DNA of 64,000 nt from Eledone cirrhosa (lineage: Eukaryota), in contig OZ024741.1 in NCBI GenBank assembly GCA_964016885.1, positions 270,010,001 to 270,074,000 on the forward strand, read 5' to 3'. Under the pieces are notes generated by a model that ran no database searches, was not told the origin of the DNA, and saw only the letters and a list, made by a program, of their open reading frames with translations. The translations under genes and the position numbers were made by a program. Shown here one piece after another: positions 28,484-42,861 of this stretch (the first letter of the stretch is position 1; each line of letters begins with the position of its first letter).

Positions 28484-28532
<49 letters not shown>

Positions 28533-28537
<5 letters not shown>

Positions 28538-28925
28538 ACGGCAACTAGATTTCGAGTAATGCCATTGCTTGATACTTAAACAGCAGCATCATGGTTTGGC
28601 TTTTTAGTCCTGCTAGCGACTTGCCTATGGTCAGCAATACCATGCATCGCAAGAAAATGTCACGTATCAAGCGATGTCTTTGCTTGAAGCTTTTTTAAGT
28701 GAGGAAAGGCTTTGCACGGGGTCAGTCCCACTCCCTGAACATGAAATGCATTTGCCCAAAAAGAAGAACTGGTGTATATCATTGGATCCAAACGAAGTCG
28801 CAGGTTTTATATCAGAGTGACCTTCTCCTAGAGAGATGTCTTTGGAGCCCGGCGTTCTTAATCCCCGAACCACAACCCTACTTGTTACTGAGTTGGCCAC
28901 CCACAGGAGTGAATCCCGCGAGATG
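28533..28925 (-). mobile_element. Diverged RTE-related SINE-like element
   Basis: Minus strand ctagggagaaggtcactctgatataaaacctgc..atccaatgat..gttcttctttt matches 30297-30370. Confidence 0.6.
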
Positions 28926-28968
28926 AAATGGCTGTTTCAAACGCGTCACCCTCTCTCACATCCGGCTT

Positions 28969-29110
28969 GAAGGCACATGGCTTAGTGGTTAGAACATTGG
29001 GCTTGCAATCGAAAGGTTGTGAGTTCAATTCTCGGACCGGGTGTTGTGTTGTTTCCTTGAGCAAGAGACTTTATTTCACGCTGTTCCAGTTTATACAGTA
29101 TAGGAATGAG
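28969..29110 (+). mobile_element. tRNA-derived SINE family A (5' part)
   Basis: gaaggcacatggcttagtggttaga..gagttcaattc..ccttgagcaagagactttatttcacg. Confidence 0.8.
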
Positions 29111-29419
29111 ATGATAGGGACTGGGGTCCCTATCATTAAAATTACCCAAGACACCTCCAACGAGATATACCTTGGAGGAGGCCAGCTAAACCTGCATAGG
29201 TGTGAACTATCACACACACACCTCCGGCGTGACGCTTTCTCCATTCAGTCTACTGGGACCACGAGGTGACCAGGCCCTGGGGTTCTGCACGCCAGAAAGC
29301 TATCCCACACACTCACAGACACAAACACACAAGCACACAGTCCTAGTGTGTATCACTGGGGTAGTGATGTTGAGTGTTGCCTTCTCATGTTTTATAATCA
29401 TTTTTCAATTTCCGATGGC

Positions 29420-29530
<111 letters not shown>

Positions 29531-29554
29531 TTTCTCTCTCTCTCTCTCTCTTTC

Positions 29555-29620
<66 letters not shown>

Positions 29621-29740
29621 GTTTTGTTACTAGTTAGTAGGGAGAGTGAGATCAATTCAGTTTGCGGAAGTAGAATGTTGAGTCTGAGCTTGTATGTGTG
29701 CCAGGGTAGCTCAAAGTGTGTCTCTGTGCGCGTGTGTGTG

Positions 29741-29826
<86 letters not shown>

Positions 29827-29893
29827 CATACATACATACATCCACTCACTCACACACATACATACACCTCAATCACATTTGTCTCACTCCCTT

Positions 29894-30012
<119 letters not shown>

Positions 30013-30079
30013 ATGTATGTATATATGTATGTATATATGTATATATATATTTATGTATGTATATATGTATATATATACA

Positions 30080-30670
30080 TACTGGTAACATGTATCCCAG
30101 TACAACCTGTATCATGGTCGGGTCGTTGGCGACTAAACTGGCAACCCCACCAAGGTTTCTTGGTGAGGAGGGTGACTTTGGACATCCTGCAGGACTAAAA
30201 ACTAAACCTGTCAAAGGGCAAAGGAGCTCTTAAGAGTCAATGGCCATCCAAAATCACCGGGAGAGATGACCCCTTAGCCTTTGTCAAGGCAGAATTCTAG
30301 GAGAAGGAAAACTCTGATATAACACCTGCAACCCTGATGGTATCCAATGATGTTGACTTGTTCTTCTTTTTAGTAAATATCATCTTGGTTAAGAGAGTGG
30401 GACTGGCTTTGTGCAGTTCCTTTGCTCAAAATAAAAGCTTCACGGCACAGGCATTGCTTTATATCTGGAGATCTCTCTGCACTTGTCGTCACATGGTACC
30501 ATGGGCCCAGCACTATGTGTCAATAATTGTCACAACTGTAGTGTTTGTACCAGAGTTTTCAAGTCGCTGGCTGGACTAAAAAGTCACACTCGTTCAGCGC
30601 ATCAGTAGGGGTTCTCCTACATGGATATAAAGTAGTGGCCGTACTCGAAAACGAATTGGCAGCCACCATG
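30080..30670 (+). mobile_element. RTE-derived bipartite SINE-like element
   Basis: Closely similar to 44740-45335; ctaggagaaggaaaactctga motif; 3' end tggccgtactcgaaaacg..ggcagccaccatgta resembles the RTE 3' end at 47041. Confidence 0.75.
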
Positions 30671-31904
30671 TATATATGTATATAGGTATGTGTGTATTAT
30701 GTATATATATATATGTGTGTGTGTGTATGTATGTATATATGTATGTATATGTGTGTATGTACGTAAGTATGTATTTACGTATGTATGTATTATGTATGTA
30801 TGTATGCATATATATATATATATGTATGTGTGTATGTGTGTTTATGCGGGTGGCTGTGGGGACTGTGGAGGACTGTGGGGGGAGACCGGTTGTGCTTGTG
30901 TGTGTGTATATGTGTTTGTGTATGTGTGTGTGCGCGCATGCGTGTGTGTTTGTACCTATGTATATATAAATTTCTATATATAATTCAAAAGATAAATTAT
31001 ACGGAAATATTCTGACAAAAATTTGGGAAGATTTATTCTTTTATTAAATACAATTTGTTTCTTCATTCTATTATATTTTGTGTTTTTTTTTTTTTTTTAT
31101 TCATTCAACATCAAATATTTATTAAAAATGATTTTTTTTTAGAAAAAAAAAAACTAAGAAAGAACAAAATGAATAAAAAATATATATATATAAAATTCCA
31201 AGCCACAAACACAGTCTCTGTGTTTCTCTTTCTATAGTTAATTTTATTTTTGGGAAAATTTCAAAATATTTTTATATACTTTTAACACTCTTTCATATAT
31301 TTCGCAGTGTTTGTATCTCAGTGTCCCTGTCCACTCGCCTAACTATCTTTCTTTCCCGTGTAGCTATCACCTGCTCTTTATTATAATAGCTTCTATTTCT
31401 CTATCTCTTAATCTAACTTTCTCTCTACTAATATTACCACTTCTTATCTCCCCTTTCTCATCAGCTTCTTCCCTCTTTTAGACTATGTCTTTCTTTTCAA
31501 AGAGGGAGAGGTAGTAAGACGGGAGGAAGAATGAGAGAGAGACAAAAATGTGAAAGGGGAGAGGGAAAGAGGAAGAGGGGAAAAACGTGGGAAAGGGGGA
31601 GGGTAGGAAGGGGAGCGGGAGAAAGGCGGGGGAAATAGTGAAAGAATGGGGAGAGGAAGAGTGACGGGGATGAAGGACAGAGAATGGGGGAAAGTATGAG
31701 GAAGAGAGACGGGGGAAAGGGAAAGGGGGAGGGAGACGGGGATGAGGGAGATAAAATGGGAGAGAAGGGGAGAGAGTGAGAGAAAATAGCTAACTTTAGA
31801 ACATTAGATATTTTATCAGAGAGATATTTTATTACAAAACCGAATGAAAATCTTTACAATAATTAACTAAAAGTCTAAAGTCTTTCTTGAGCCGTGGGAC
31901 TAAC

Positions 31905-32154
31905 AAGCCGGTGTTTATCCCGCTTCTCGGGACGTTAAACGATTGAGAGTACAAGATTTCATCCTGGATATGATGCCAGTCCATCGCAGGGTTAAACCTC
32001 CAGCTGTTGCAGGTACCCATTTTCAGAGTATACTGGGGCAGCGTGAAAAGAAGTGTTTCGCTCAACAACATAGCACACAACCCGGTCCAAGAATCGAACC
32101 CACGACATTGTGATCGTAAGCCCCAACACCCTTACCACTAGACCACGCGCCTTC
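31905..32154 (-). mobile_element. tRNA-derived SINE (family A-like)
   Basis: Minus strand gaaggcgcgtggtctagtggtaagg..gggttcgattc..ttgagcgaaacactt. Confidence 0.75.
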
Positions 32155-32534
32155 ATATTACAACAATATGGTCGGGAGAAAATACCATAGCAGAGCGTTC
32201 TACTCAGTAAATATACAAATGGTAGGGTATTACATCTGTAATATGGTGAGTTGCAGACAACTTCCATTTTTAGACAGTAATTATTTGGTTAGTTTCAAAA
32301 GGAGGAACAATAAAGTCGATTTGTGTTGAATCTGTACTCAGAACACAAAAGGCGGTGAGGTAATTTGACTGATACTCTACCAAGTTTACCATCCTTCATT
32401 TTAAGGATATAATAGGATAAAGATCCCACAACTCCTTGTGGAGTCGTAGAGGCACCGTCAAACGGCGTGTTTTGGGCACTTTTAAACCTGGTGGAGCCCA
32501 ACCCTCTCCAGGTCTGAACATAGCCGATTTTTTC

Positions 32535-32706
32535 TATAGAGGAAGAATCGACCCCAGTACTGGACGGGTACTTTTTTTTATCGACTTCGAATGTAGGAAA
32601 GGTAAAGTTGACCGCGGCGGGATTTAAACTCAGAGCGCGCAATGAGGTGGGACGAATACCGTAAAGTATTTTATCCGACATCTTAACGACTCTGTCAATT
32701 CGCCAA
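32535..32706 (-). mobile_element. tRNA-derived SINE family B, diverged
   Basis: gaaaggtaaagttgaccgcggcgggatttaaactcaga. Confidence 0.65.
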
Positions 32707-33034
32707 CTATCTTTCCTTTTATACTTATGTAAATATCCCAATATTATGTTACTGTAATACACTGGCTAATTGCTGGCCTTGTGCCTAACGTAGAAACAAT
32801 TACGTTACTGTCCAAATATACGAAAAGCTGTTTCGCCTATATTTGGTACATTCTGAAACTAGACAGTAGTTTGCCTATCTGGGTGCAAGCACAGCTAGGT
32901 TTTATCCCACTGCACGGCATTGTGGACAAGTGTCATCTACCATAGCTTTTCCATCATGTATATATGAAAGAAAAATATATAGTGGATAAAAAAAAAACGG
33001 AAGAGAAAGATAACCCGGTTCAATAACCCCATTC

Positions 33035-33350
33035 AATTTCTTCTTCTTGTGATGCTAAACTCCGCCAGTTGCAGACTGCGGATCAACGTGAGATATCTCT
33101 CCACAAAGTTCGATCACCAGCAGCAGAGTTTAAAGAACAAAGATCAAATCCAGCCCATAAGTTGACATTGTCAAGCCATTGTTTTGGCTGCCGGCCTTTG
33201 CTTCTCGTACCAGCCAACCTTCCTTCCAGGCATAACCTACTCACACCACGAGTTGATCTTTTTATATGGCCGTATAGTTTGAGTACTCTTGACTTGACAA
33301 TTGATGTAATTGGTCTAAGTTTGGTAATGCGAGCAGCTCACTGTTGACGT
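33035..33350 (-). mobile_element. RTE-type LINE 3' end with (GAA)n tail
   Basis: Hand translation of minus strand LKLYGHIKR..LEGRLAGTRSKGRQPKQWLDNV..AAGDRTLWR; gaagaagaa follows. Confidence 0.7.
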
Positions 33351-34024
33351 ATCTAATAATATATTTTTTTCTTCTGCTAATTTTCAAACTTTTCACACAT
33401 CTATCGACGTAGATAGTATCTAAATACATATATAATTGAAATTCTCATCCTTGAAAACATGTAATATAAAATACCTTATAATCTTACACAAAATAATATA
33501 TAATTTTCTCTACATACATTCCGCATTTTCTAAGAAAATTATTCATCAAATCTAACATTAATAGTTAAACAAATAATATTGGAGTTATCTTTTCCTTTAC
33601 AATTGAGCAAACATGGACATACTGCATAACAACTTGTATGTTAAATTCTATGTAATTTCGCTAACTTAATAATTTTCTGTAAATATTTTCAATTTGTTAT
33701 GAAACTATTTGAATGTACAAAATGTTCTTCTCTTAAAATTTGAACTATGTCTTTTTTCTTAACTATATATTTAAAATGTAAACTCAACATCCTTTATAAT
33801 TTATATTAAAAATGTAAACAAATTAACATGTGTGTTATATATCTATAAAAAACAACAGCATATAATCACCAATAATATTTATATTTATATATTTATTAAT
33901 ATATATAGATATTTATATATTTACAACCTGTTGTAATATAATACGATAAAATGTACTTACAACCAAAACTCTTCATATAATCTAATTATAATGATTATAT
34001 ATATATTGCCTCCTCCTTATTGAG

Positions 34025-34098
34025 GACGCCTTGTTTTGTAAACTCCCCCCATTGTACTTGTCCCACTTTTGATGCCCTGGTGGCAAATAAAAGAAACA
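34025..34098 (+). mobile_element. Short 3' UTR remnant of a Tx1-related LINE
   Basis: ttgtac ttgtccc..gccctggtggcaaataaaagaaa resembles the reverse complement of 25068-25115. Confidence 0.45.
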
Positions 34099-34487
34099 TA
34101 TAATGATTATATATATAATATTATAACTCATAATTTAGTTAAATATATTTTAAATTCTGGATTGATATTCCACCACCTCAACAAACTTTTAATTTTTAAC
34201 GTTTTAATTTTTTAATTCACGTACACTGTAATATTATTAATATAAGCTTCTCTTTCTTCTTCTCGCATATATATCCTAATAATTATTTAAATCTACCTAT
34301 CGTCTAAAAATAACGATTTTTCAGCCCTACACTTCAACTTCATTTGCATATTCATCAAAATAATTTGAAATATTTGTTTTTTCCTTTCTTCCTCTTTTTC
34401 CCTCTTTCCTTTCACTATCCAAACGGAACTTGAGCCGTTAAGATCTGATTCTTGGGTATGTCACTATTTATAAAACAAACTTTGTAT

Positions 34488-34542
34488 TTTATCTGATGAG
34501 AGCGTACCAAAGTTTTAGTACCCTTGAAATATATATAATAGA
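34488..34542 (+). ncRNA. Type I hammerhead ribozyme at the end of an AT-rich PLE-like 3' region (~33.35-34.7 kb)
   Basis: tttat-CTGATGA-gagcgtac..gtaccctt-GAAA-tatata-TA-ataga. Confidence 0.65.
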
Positions 34543-35809
34543 ATAAATATGTTTTTATAATATAGTTACCATTTATTAATATCATTGATATTATACTCCA
34601 GAAAATTTGTCGAGTGCTTCGAATCTGTTATAAATATATTTGTTGAATTACGAACAAATTAAATATCTCTTTGCTTGAAACAGGTAAAAGAGTTATATAT
34701 ATAAGGATTGTAACGTCCAGTTACTGTAGGTTAACCAGAGTGAACACTCGATGCGTAGTTTCCAGTAGGTATATTGTTGTTGTACTAAGCAGAGTGTAAT
34801 ATTGATAATAAGGATGCAGCGTTAGATCTTCATTACATTTATAGAGCTGTGACGCGCGTTTCGCGATTGATTAGCTCAAGGTTCGATCTGTATCGATCTG
34901 GCCCGACTCTGGAATTAAAAGGACGTCAGTCGGACTACTGTTATGGTAACGACAGAATGATTCTCTTACGGCTTTGAAACAGTATATAACAATTCTCATT
35001 CATTTATGGTGATCAGTTTTACTTCGTTTTGATTGGTAGTTTTGCTAGAAGGAATGTTTGGGCATGTGTGATAGGTGAGGGAGAGAATTATGACACTTCG
35101 TCTTATATATATATACTAAGCTGAGCCCGGTTGCACCCGGGGCCACTTTTTATTAAGTTAATAATTTAAAAAATATTATTGAAAGTTTATTATAAAGAAG
35201 CAGTTTCAGGGGAAAAAATAAAAATATGCACTTGGGGCTGGACGGCGTACAATGAGACGTGGAGCGACGTGAAAAGCGTTGTTTATTAACAGCGAAATAG
35301 CAATGTCGATGATATGCATGTTTGAAAATGCAGATTATGAAGGTTTGTATGATAGTTTACACTTTGATTGCCCTGGTCAGCAAGAGGGGCCTCTATATAT
35401 TAGACGTTTATTAGAAGAGGGGGAAATAAGGGCGTTATTCAAAGTGCTGACAGTTGTTTCGTTGATCTGGTGCGTCTAGAGTTCGCTAATCGCTTGATGC
35501 TGCGTCAATCGATCTCCAATACGTTGTTTACAACCAGTCAACACATCAGAGAAAGAGGATATGAAAATAATACGCAAGGCATGGCTTTTATAGAAGTGTG
35601 ATGTTAAACTAAAACAATAACATCAGTAACAAAATAGCTAGATAGCGAATAATTAAAACAATAACAACGATAATAAAACACGCATGGTAAATAAACCGAA
35701 AAGATACAGATGTATGAAGTGACATATAAAATCTAAGATAGGGTACATTAAAAGTGGTAGTAATATTAAGAGAATGAGGAAAAGTAAACGATAAAGGAAT
35801 AAAATAATT

Positions 35810-35988
35810 GTTTCTACTTTTTGGCACAAGGCCAGCAACTACCCAGTGCATTACTGGTACTTTATTTTATCGATCCCGTAAGGATGAAAGGCAAAGTCAA
35901 CCTCAGCGGCATTTGAACTCAGATCGTTAAGGGACGTAACTATGCTGGAAAGCATGGCATCCGACCCTCTACCGATACTGCCAATCCA
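35810..35988 (-). mobile_element. tRNA-derived SINE family B
   Basis: ctggtactttattttatcgatcccgtaaggatgaaaggcaaagtcaacc. Confidence 0.8.
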
Positions 35989-36220
35989 ATAATAAAATGT
36001 TCTTAGAGTCAGATTTTAGAATCTCTACTGTAAGTGCAATTATGAGAGATTTAGATACAAATGAGCTGTGGGTCTGATAAATGAGCAAAATAAAACGGAG
36101 ATTCATTTATGGATAAATGCTTGTAGTAAATATTTCGCACCAGATAAACGAAACAATTGTCAGCACTTTGAATAAAGGCTTTATTGTACAGCCATCTATG
36201 TTACTCTTCTTTCTTTAACT

Positions 36221-36358
<138 letters not shown>

Positions 36359-36375
36359 ATATATGTATATATATA

Positions 36376-39207
36376 TATTAAGTGTAATGAATTCTTTTAC
36401 AATGAAATTAGCTCAAAGAAAGAAATATTTCTGAGCCGTGTAAAACATTTAAATATAAATTAATATATATGATGAAACACAAATACCAACATATCTGTAT
36501 TTATATTGCAAAAGAAAATTTAGTTAGCTAGAATGAAGTATACTAATTATAATATTACAGTCTGCCCATATCGATTTAAAATAATAAATCAACAAAGACA
36601 AACAGTATTGCCAAATGGCAATGATGTTTAGACACATTTAAATTTCAAAATCAAACATGTTCCGTAGATAAGTTTAAACTTTAAAATCCAAATATGTTAT
36701 TTCTAGTACTACGGTTATGAGGCTAGCTAGAAACTGTAAACCATGTGCGTTACACAGTCTTTTAAAATATTTGGAAGTGAAGCATATCAATTTGTTCCTG
36801 GATGTTTACTGAAGAGAGCAGGACATGATATCCTTACACTTTTTTATCTCGAAACATATTTGGATTTTAAAGTTTAAACTTATCTACGGAACAGGTTTGA
36901 TTTTGAAATTTAAATGTGTCTAAACATCATGGCCATTTGGCAATACTGTTTGTCTTTGTTGATTTATTATTTTAAATCGATATGGGCAGACTGTAATATT
37001 ATAATTAGTATACTTCATTCTAGCTAACTAAATTTTCTTTTGCAATATAAATACAGATATGTTGCTATTTGTGTTTCACCATATATATTAATTTATATTT
37101 AAATGTTTTACACGGCTCAGAAATATTTCTTTCTTTGAGCTAATTTCATTGTAAAAGAATTCATTACACTTAATATTATTGCTCCTTAGGTTGAGCTGAA
37201 AGTAGCCTCATATATACGGCTGTTATTTCTAGCAGTACGGTTATGAGGCCAGCTAGAAACTGTAAACAATGTGCGTTACACAGTCTTTTAAAATATTTGG
37301 AAGTGAAGCATATCAATTTGTTCCTGGATGTTTACTGAAGAGAGCAGGACATGATATCCTTACACTTTTTTATCTCGAAACATATTTGGATTTTAAAGTT
37401 TAAACTTATCTACGGAACAGGTTTGATTTTGAAATTTAAATGTGTCTAAACATCATGGCCATTTTGCAATACTGTTTGTCTTTGTTGATTTATTATTTTA
37501 AATCGATATGGGCAGACTGTAATATTATAATTAGTATACTTCATTCTAGCTAACTAAATTTTCTTTTGCAATATAAATACAGATATGTTGCTATTTGTGT
37601 TTCATCATATATATTAATTTATATTTAAATGTTTTACACGGCTCAGAAATATTTCTTTCTTTGAGCTAATTTCATTGTAAAAGAATTCATTACACTTAAT
37701 ATTATTGCTCCTTAGGTTGAGCTGAAAGTAGCCTCATATATACGGCTGTTATTTCTAGCAGTACGGTTATGAAGCCAGCTAGAAACTGTAAACAATGTGC
37801 GTTACACAGTCTTTTAAAATATTTGGAAGTGAAGCATATCAATTTGTTCCTGGATGTTTACTGAAGAGAGCAGGACATGATATCCTTACACTTTTTTATC
37901 TCGAAACATATTTGGATTTTAAAGTTTAAACTTATCTACGGAACAGGTTTGATTTTGAAATTTAAATGTGTCTAAACATCATGGCCATTTTGCAATACTG
38001 TTTGTCTTTGTTGATTTATTATTTTAAATCGATATGGGCAGACTGTAATATTATAATTAGTATACTTCATTCTAGCTAACTAAATTTTCTTTTGCAATAT
38101 AAATACAGATATGTTGCTATTTGTGTTTCATCATATATATTAATTTATATTTAAATGTTTTACACGGCTCAGAAATATTTCTTTCTTTGAGCTAATTTCA
38201 TTGTAAAAGAATTCATTACACTTAATATTATTGCTCCTTAGGTTGAGCTGAAAGTAGCCTCATATATACGGCTGTTATTTCTAGCAGTACGGTTATGAGG
38301 CCAGCTAGAAACTGTAAACAATGTGCGTTACACAGTCTTTTAAAATATTTGGAAGTGAAGCATATCAATTTGTTCCTGGATGTTTACTGAAGAGAGCAGG
38401 ACATGATATCCTTACACTTTTTTATCTCGAAACATATTTGGATTTTAAAGTTTAAACTTATCTACGGAACAGGTTTGATTTTGAAATTTAAATGTGTCTA
38501 AACATCATGGCCATTTGGCAATACTGTTTGTCTTTGTTGATTTATTATTTTTAATCGATATGGGCAGACTGTACTATTATAATTAGTATACTTCATTCTA
38601 GCTAACTAAATTTTCTTTTGCAATATAAATACAGATATGTTGCTATTTGTGTTTCATCATATATATTAATTTATATTTAAATGTTTTACACGGCTCAGAA
38701 ATATTTCTTTCTTTGAGCTAATTTCATTGTAAAAGAATTCATTACACTTAATATTATTGCTCCTTAGGTTGAGCTGAAAGTAGCCTCATATATACGGCTG
38801 TTATTTCTAGCAGTACGGTTATTAGGCTAGCTAGAAACTGTAAACCATGTGCGTTACACAGTCTTTTAAAATATTTGGAAGTGAAGCATATCAATTTGTT
38901 CCTGGATGTTTACTGAAGAGAGCAGGACATGATATCCTTACACTTTTTTATCTCGAAACATATTTGGATTTTAAAGTTTAAACTTATCTACAGAACAGGT
39001 TTGATTTTGAAATTTAAATGTGTCTAAACATCATGGCCATTTGGCAATACTGTTTGTCTTTGTTGATTTATTATTTTAAATCGATATGGGCAGACTGTAA
39101 TATTATAATTAGTATACTTCATTCTAGCTAACTAAAATTTCTTTTGCAATATAAATACAGATATGTTGGTATTTGAGTTTCATCATATATATTAATTTAT
39201 ATTTAAA
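36376..39207 (+). repeat. 526-bp tandem array (~4.8 copies) with inverted leading arm, flanked by (TA)n
   Basis: Unit start tgttatttctag at 36695, 37221, 37747, 38273, 38799; 36376-36698 is the reverse complement of 36853-37175. Confidence 0.95.
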
Positions 39208-39227
39208 TATATATATATATATAGATG

Positions 39228-40500
<1,273 letters not shown>

Positions 40501-40544
40501 TATATATTATATATATATATTAATATAGAGTAAGTCTTATTTTC

Positions 40545-40720
40545 AAGTATCGGTAGAGGGTCGGACGCCATGCTTTGCAGCAAAGAGTTACAGTCTTTTA
40601 TGATTTGAGGTCAAATCCCGCCGAGATTAACTTTGCCTTTCATCCTTACGTGGTCGATAAAATAAAGTACCAGTAATGCACTGGGATAATTGCTGGCCTT
40701 TTGCCAAAAGTAGAAACAAT
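40545..40720 (+). mobile_element. tRNA-derived SINE family B
   Basis: Core ttaactttgcctttcatccttacg..gtcgataaaataaagtaccag. Confidence 0.8.
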
Positions 40721-40839
40721 TATATATATATATGTGTGTGTGTGTGTGTACATATCCATGTGATGTTGACGGGCATGAAAATGAGTACTCAATACCGAAG
40801 TAGAGTTTAAACATTCTTTATTTGGTTTAGTGGTGAAGC

Positions 40840-40886
40840 TTGTTGCTCTGGAGTTTCACCTGCGTATTCACGGGATCATCAGACAA
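40840..40886 (-). other. Hammerhead motif, probably inactivated (GCA in place of GUA)
   Basis: Minus strand ttgt-CTGATGA-tcccgtg..gcaggt-GAAA-ctc ca gag-CA-acaa. Confidence 0.5.
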
Positions 40887-40917
40887 AGAAAATATGTATA
40901 TTTGTATGTGTGGGTGT

Positions 40918-41041
<124 letters not shown>

Positions 41042-41109
41042 CTGTGGAGCGTGTACATATATTAGATAGATAGATATGGATTTAAATGTGTATATCTACT
41101 GGTTGTATG

Positions 41110-42861
41110 TATACTTATTATTCCTCTATATCACCTATACTCCTGAACAAAGCCTTGATATTTGCCAAAAATAGATCAAACTTAACTATGGATGACATTA
41201 ATATTATCACACATGCTAGACAAACACTACTGGAATTTCAAAAAGAATACTGGACCAGAAACACATATAGTAATCTATTCGACATAACTATGGGCTCAAG
41301 TGATTCTGCCCAAATTACTGATCTTGTGGGCCTCTTTCTTCTATTTAACATAAATGCTTCTTTTCCCCACCTTAAAGGTGGTTTATATCGTGACGACTGT
41401 CTTCTTCTTTCCAATAACCTTAGCCTATCAGAAATTGAAAAAAATAATTAGAACTTTCCTCAAAGACTATTATAGTTTAGATATTACATTTGAAAACACA
41501 AGTAAAGTAGTTAATTTCCTTGATATAACATTAGACTTATCTACGGGTATCTACCAACCTTACCATAAACCTAACCAAAACTTACATTACATACACTCAC
41601 AATCTAATCACCCTAAATCTATCCTTAAAAACCTAGCATATAATATCTCACTCAGAATTTCTAACCTTTCGTCTAACCAGGATGTATTTGATAAAAATGC
41701 GACCTTTTATAACGAAGCTTTAGCTAGAAGTGGCCACAAAAACAAATTAGTATATATACCTTGTACCAATAACACTACAAACATACAACCCAATATTACC
41801 AACAAACACCAAATGAAATATACACACCTAAATGCCACTCACACTATACCCAAAAATACCAACATAAAACTTAATTTCTCTAACTCTTCTAATATACAAT
41901 ATAGTAACTTTCAAAAATCTATTCATCCTAATACTCCAATATATGTTAATAATAAAATTCCTAATAAACAGGCTAAAACACCTAAATCAATGAATCTAAC
42001 TAAAAATATGTGTAATAAAATCATTAACAATAATTCTCTTAATAAACATCAGGATACATCCTATAAAAATAATAAACAACATCGAAACTGTAATAGACGA
42101 GTTACTTGGTATAATGCTCCATTTAATCTACAAATTAAAGATAATATACCTAAAAAAATGTTTACTATCCTAGAGAAAAACTTCCCGCCAAACCACAAAT
42201 ACCATCAAATTTTAAATAGATCAACGGTTAAATTCTCCTACTCAACAACCAAAAATATACAACAAAATATAAGTGCCTATAATGCATATAAATGTTAAAA
42301 AAACCATGAATATACCACCAATACAACAAACTAACCATAATACTAAAATAAACCACAGTAAACCACCATCTCATTCACATACAACAAGTCGTGAAAATTC
42401 CACACCTAATTTGACTATCTCCTCTGATACAACATTCACGAAAGGTTGTAACTGTAGAAACAAAGCAAATTGCCCATTAAAAAGAAATTGCCTTATTAAT
42501 AACATAGTATATAAATGTAAAATTAACACTAAAGACTCAACTTATTCATATATAGGAGCTACTTCTAACCAATTTAAAGTAAGATTTAATACCCACAAAC
42601 ACAGTTTTAAAAATGCCGCATTAGCTAATACAACATCTTTAGCTGAAATAATTAATAATTATAGAAAAAGGAATATAGATTATGACCTGACCTGGAGTGT
42701 GCTCAAAAGGGCCACCCCTTATCAAAATAATAGATATGAATGTAGATTATGTTCCCAAGAACTTTTTGAAATAATGAAATCTATTAAATAAACGACAGGA
42801 ATTAATTATATCATGTAATCATAAATTGAGAAGAACTTTTAAATATTATAAACCTAATTAA
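41110..42861 (+). pseudogene. Penelope-like element RT + GIY-YIG endonuclease ORF (5'-truncated, three frameshifts)
   Basis: YSSIS, FDITMGSSDSAQITDLVG, GLYRDD, VNFLDITLDL, PYHKPN..YIHSQSNHP, WYNAPF, CNCR..CPL..NC, IVY..YIGAT..FKVRFNTH, CRLC, LLNKRQELIISCNH; shifts near 41445, 42295 and 42780. Confidence 0.92.

Larger units (their letters stand above)
27649..28490 (+). mobile_element. Foldback PLE-like cassette between (TA)n arrays
   Basis: 27649-27908 inverted with 28163-28425 (identical ORF translations at 27715+ and 28358-). Confidence 0.85.
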
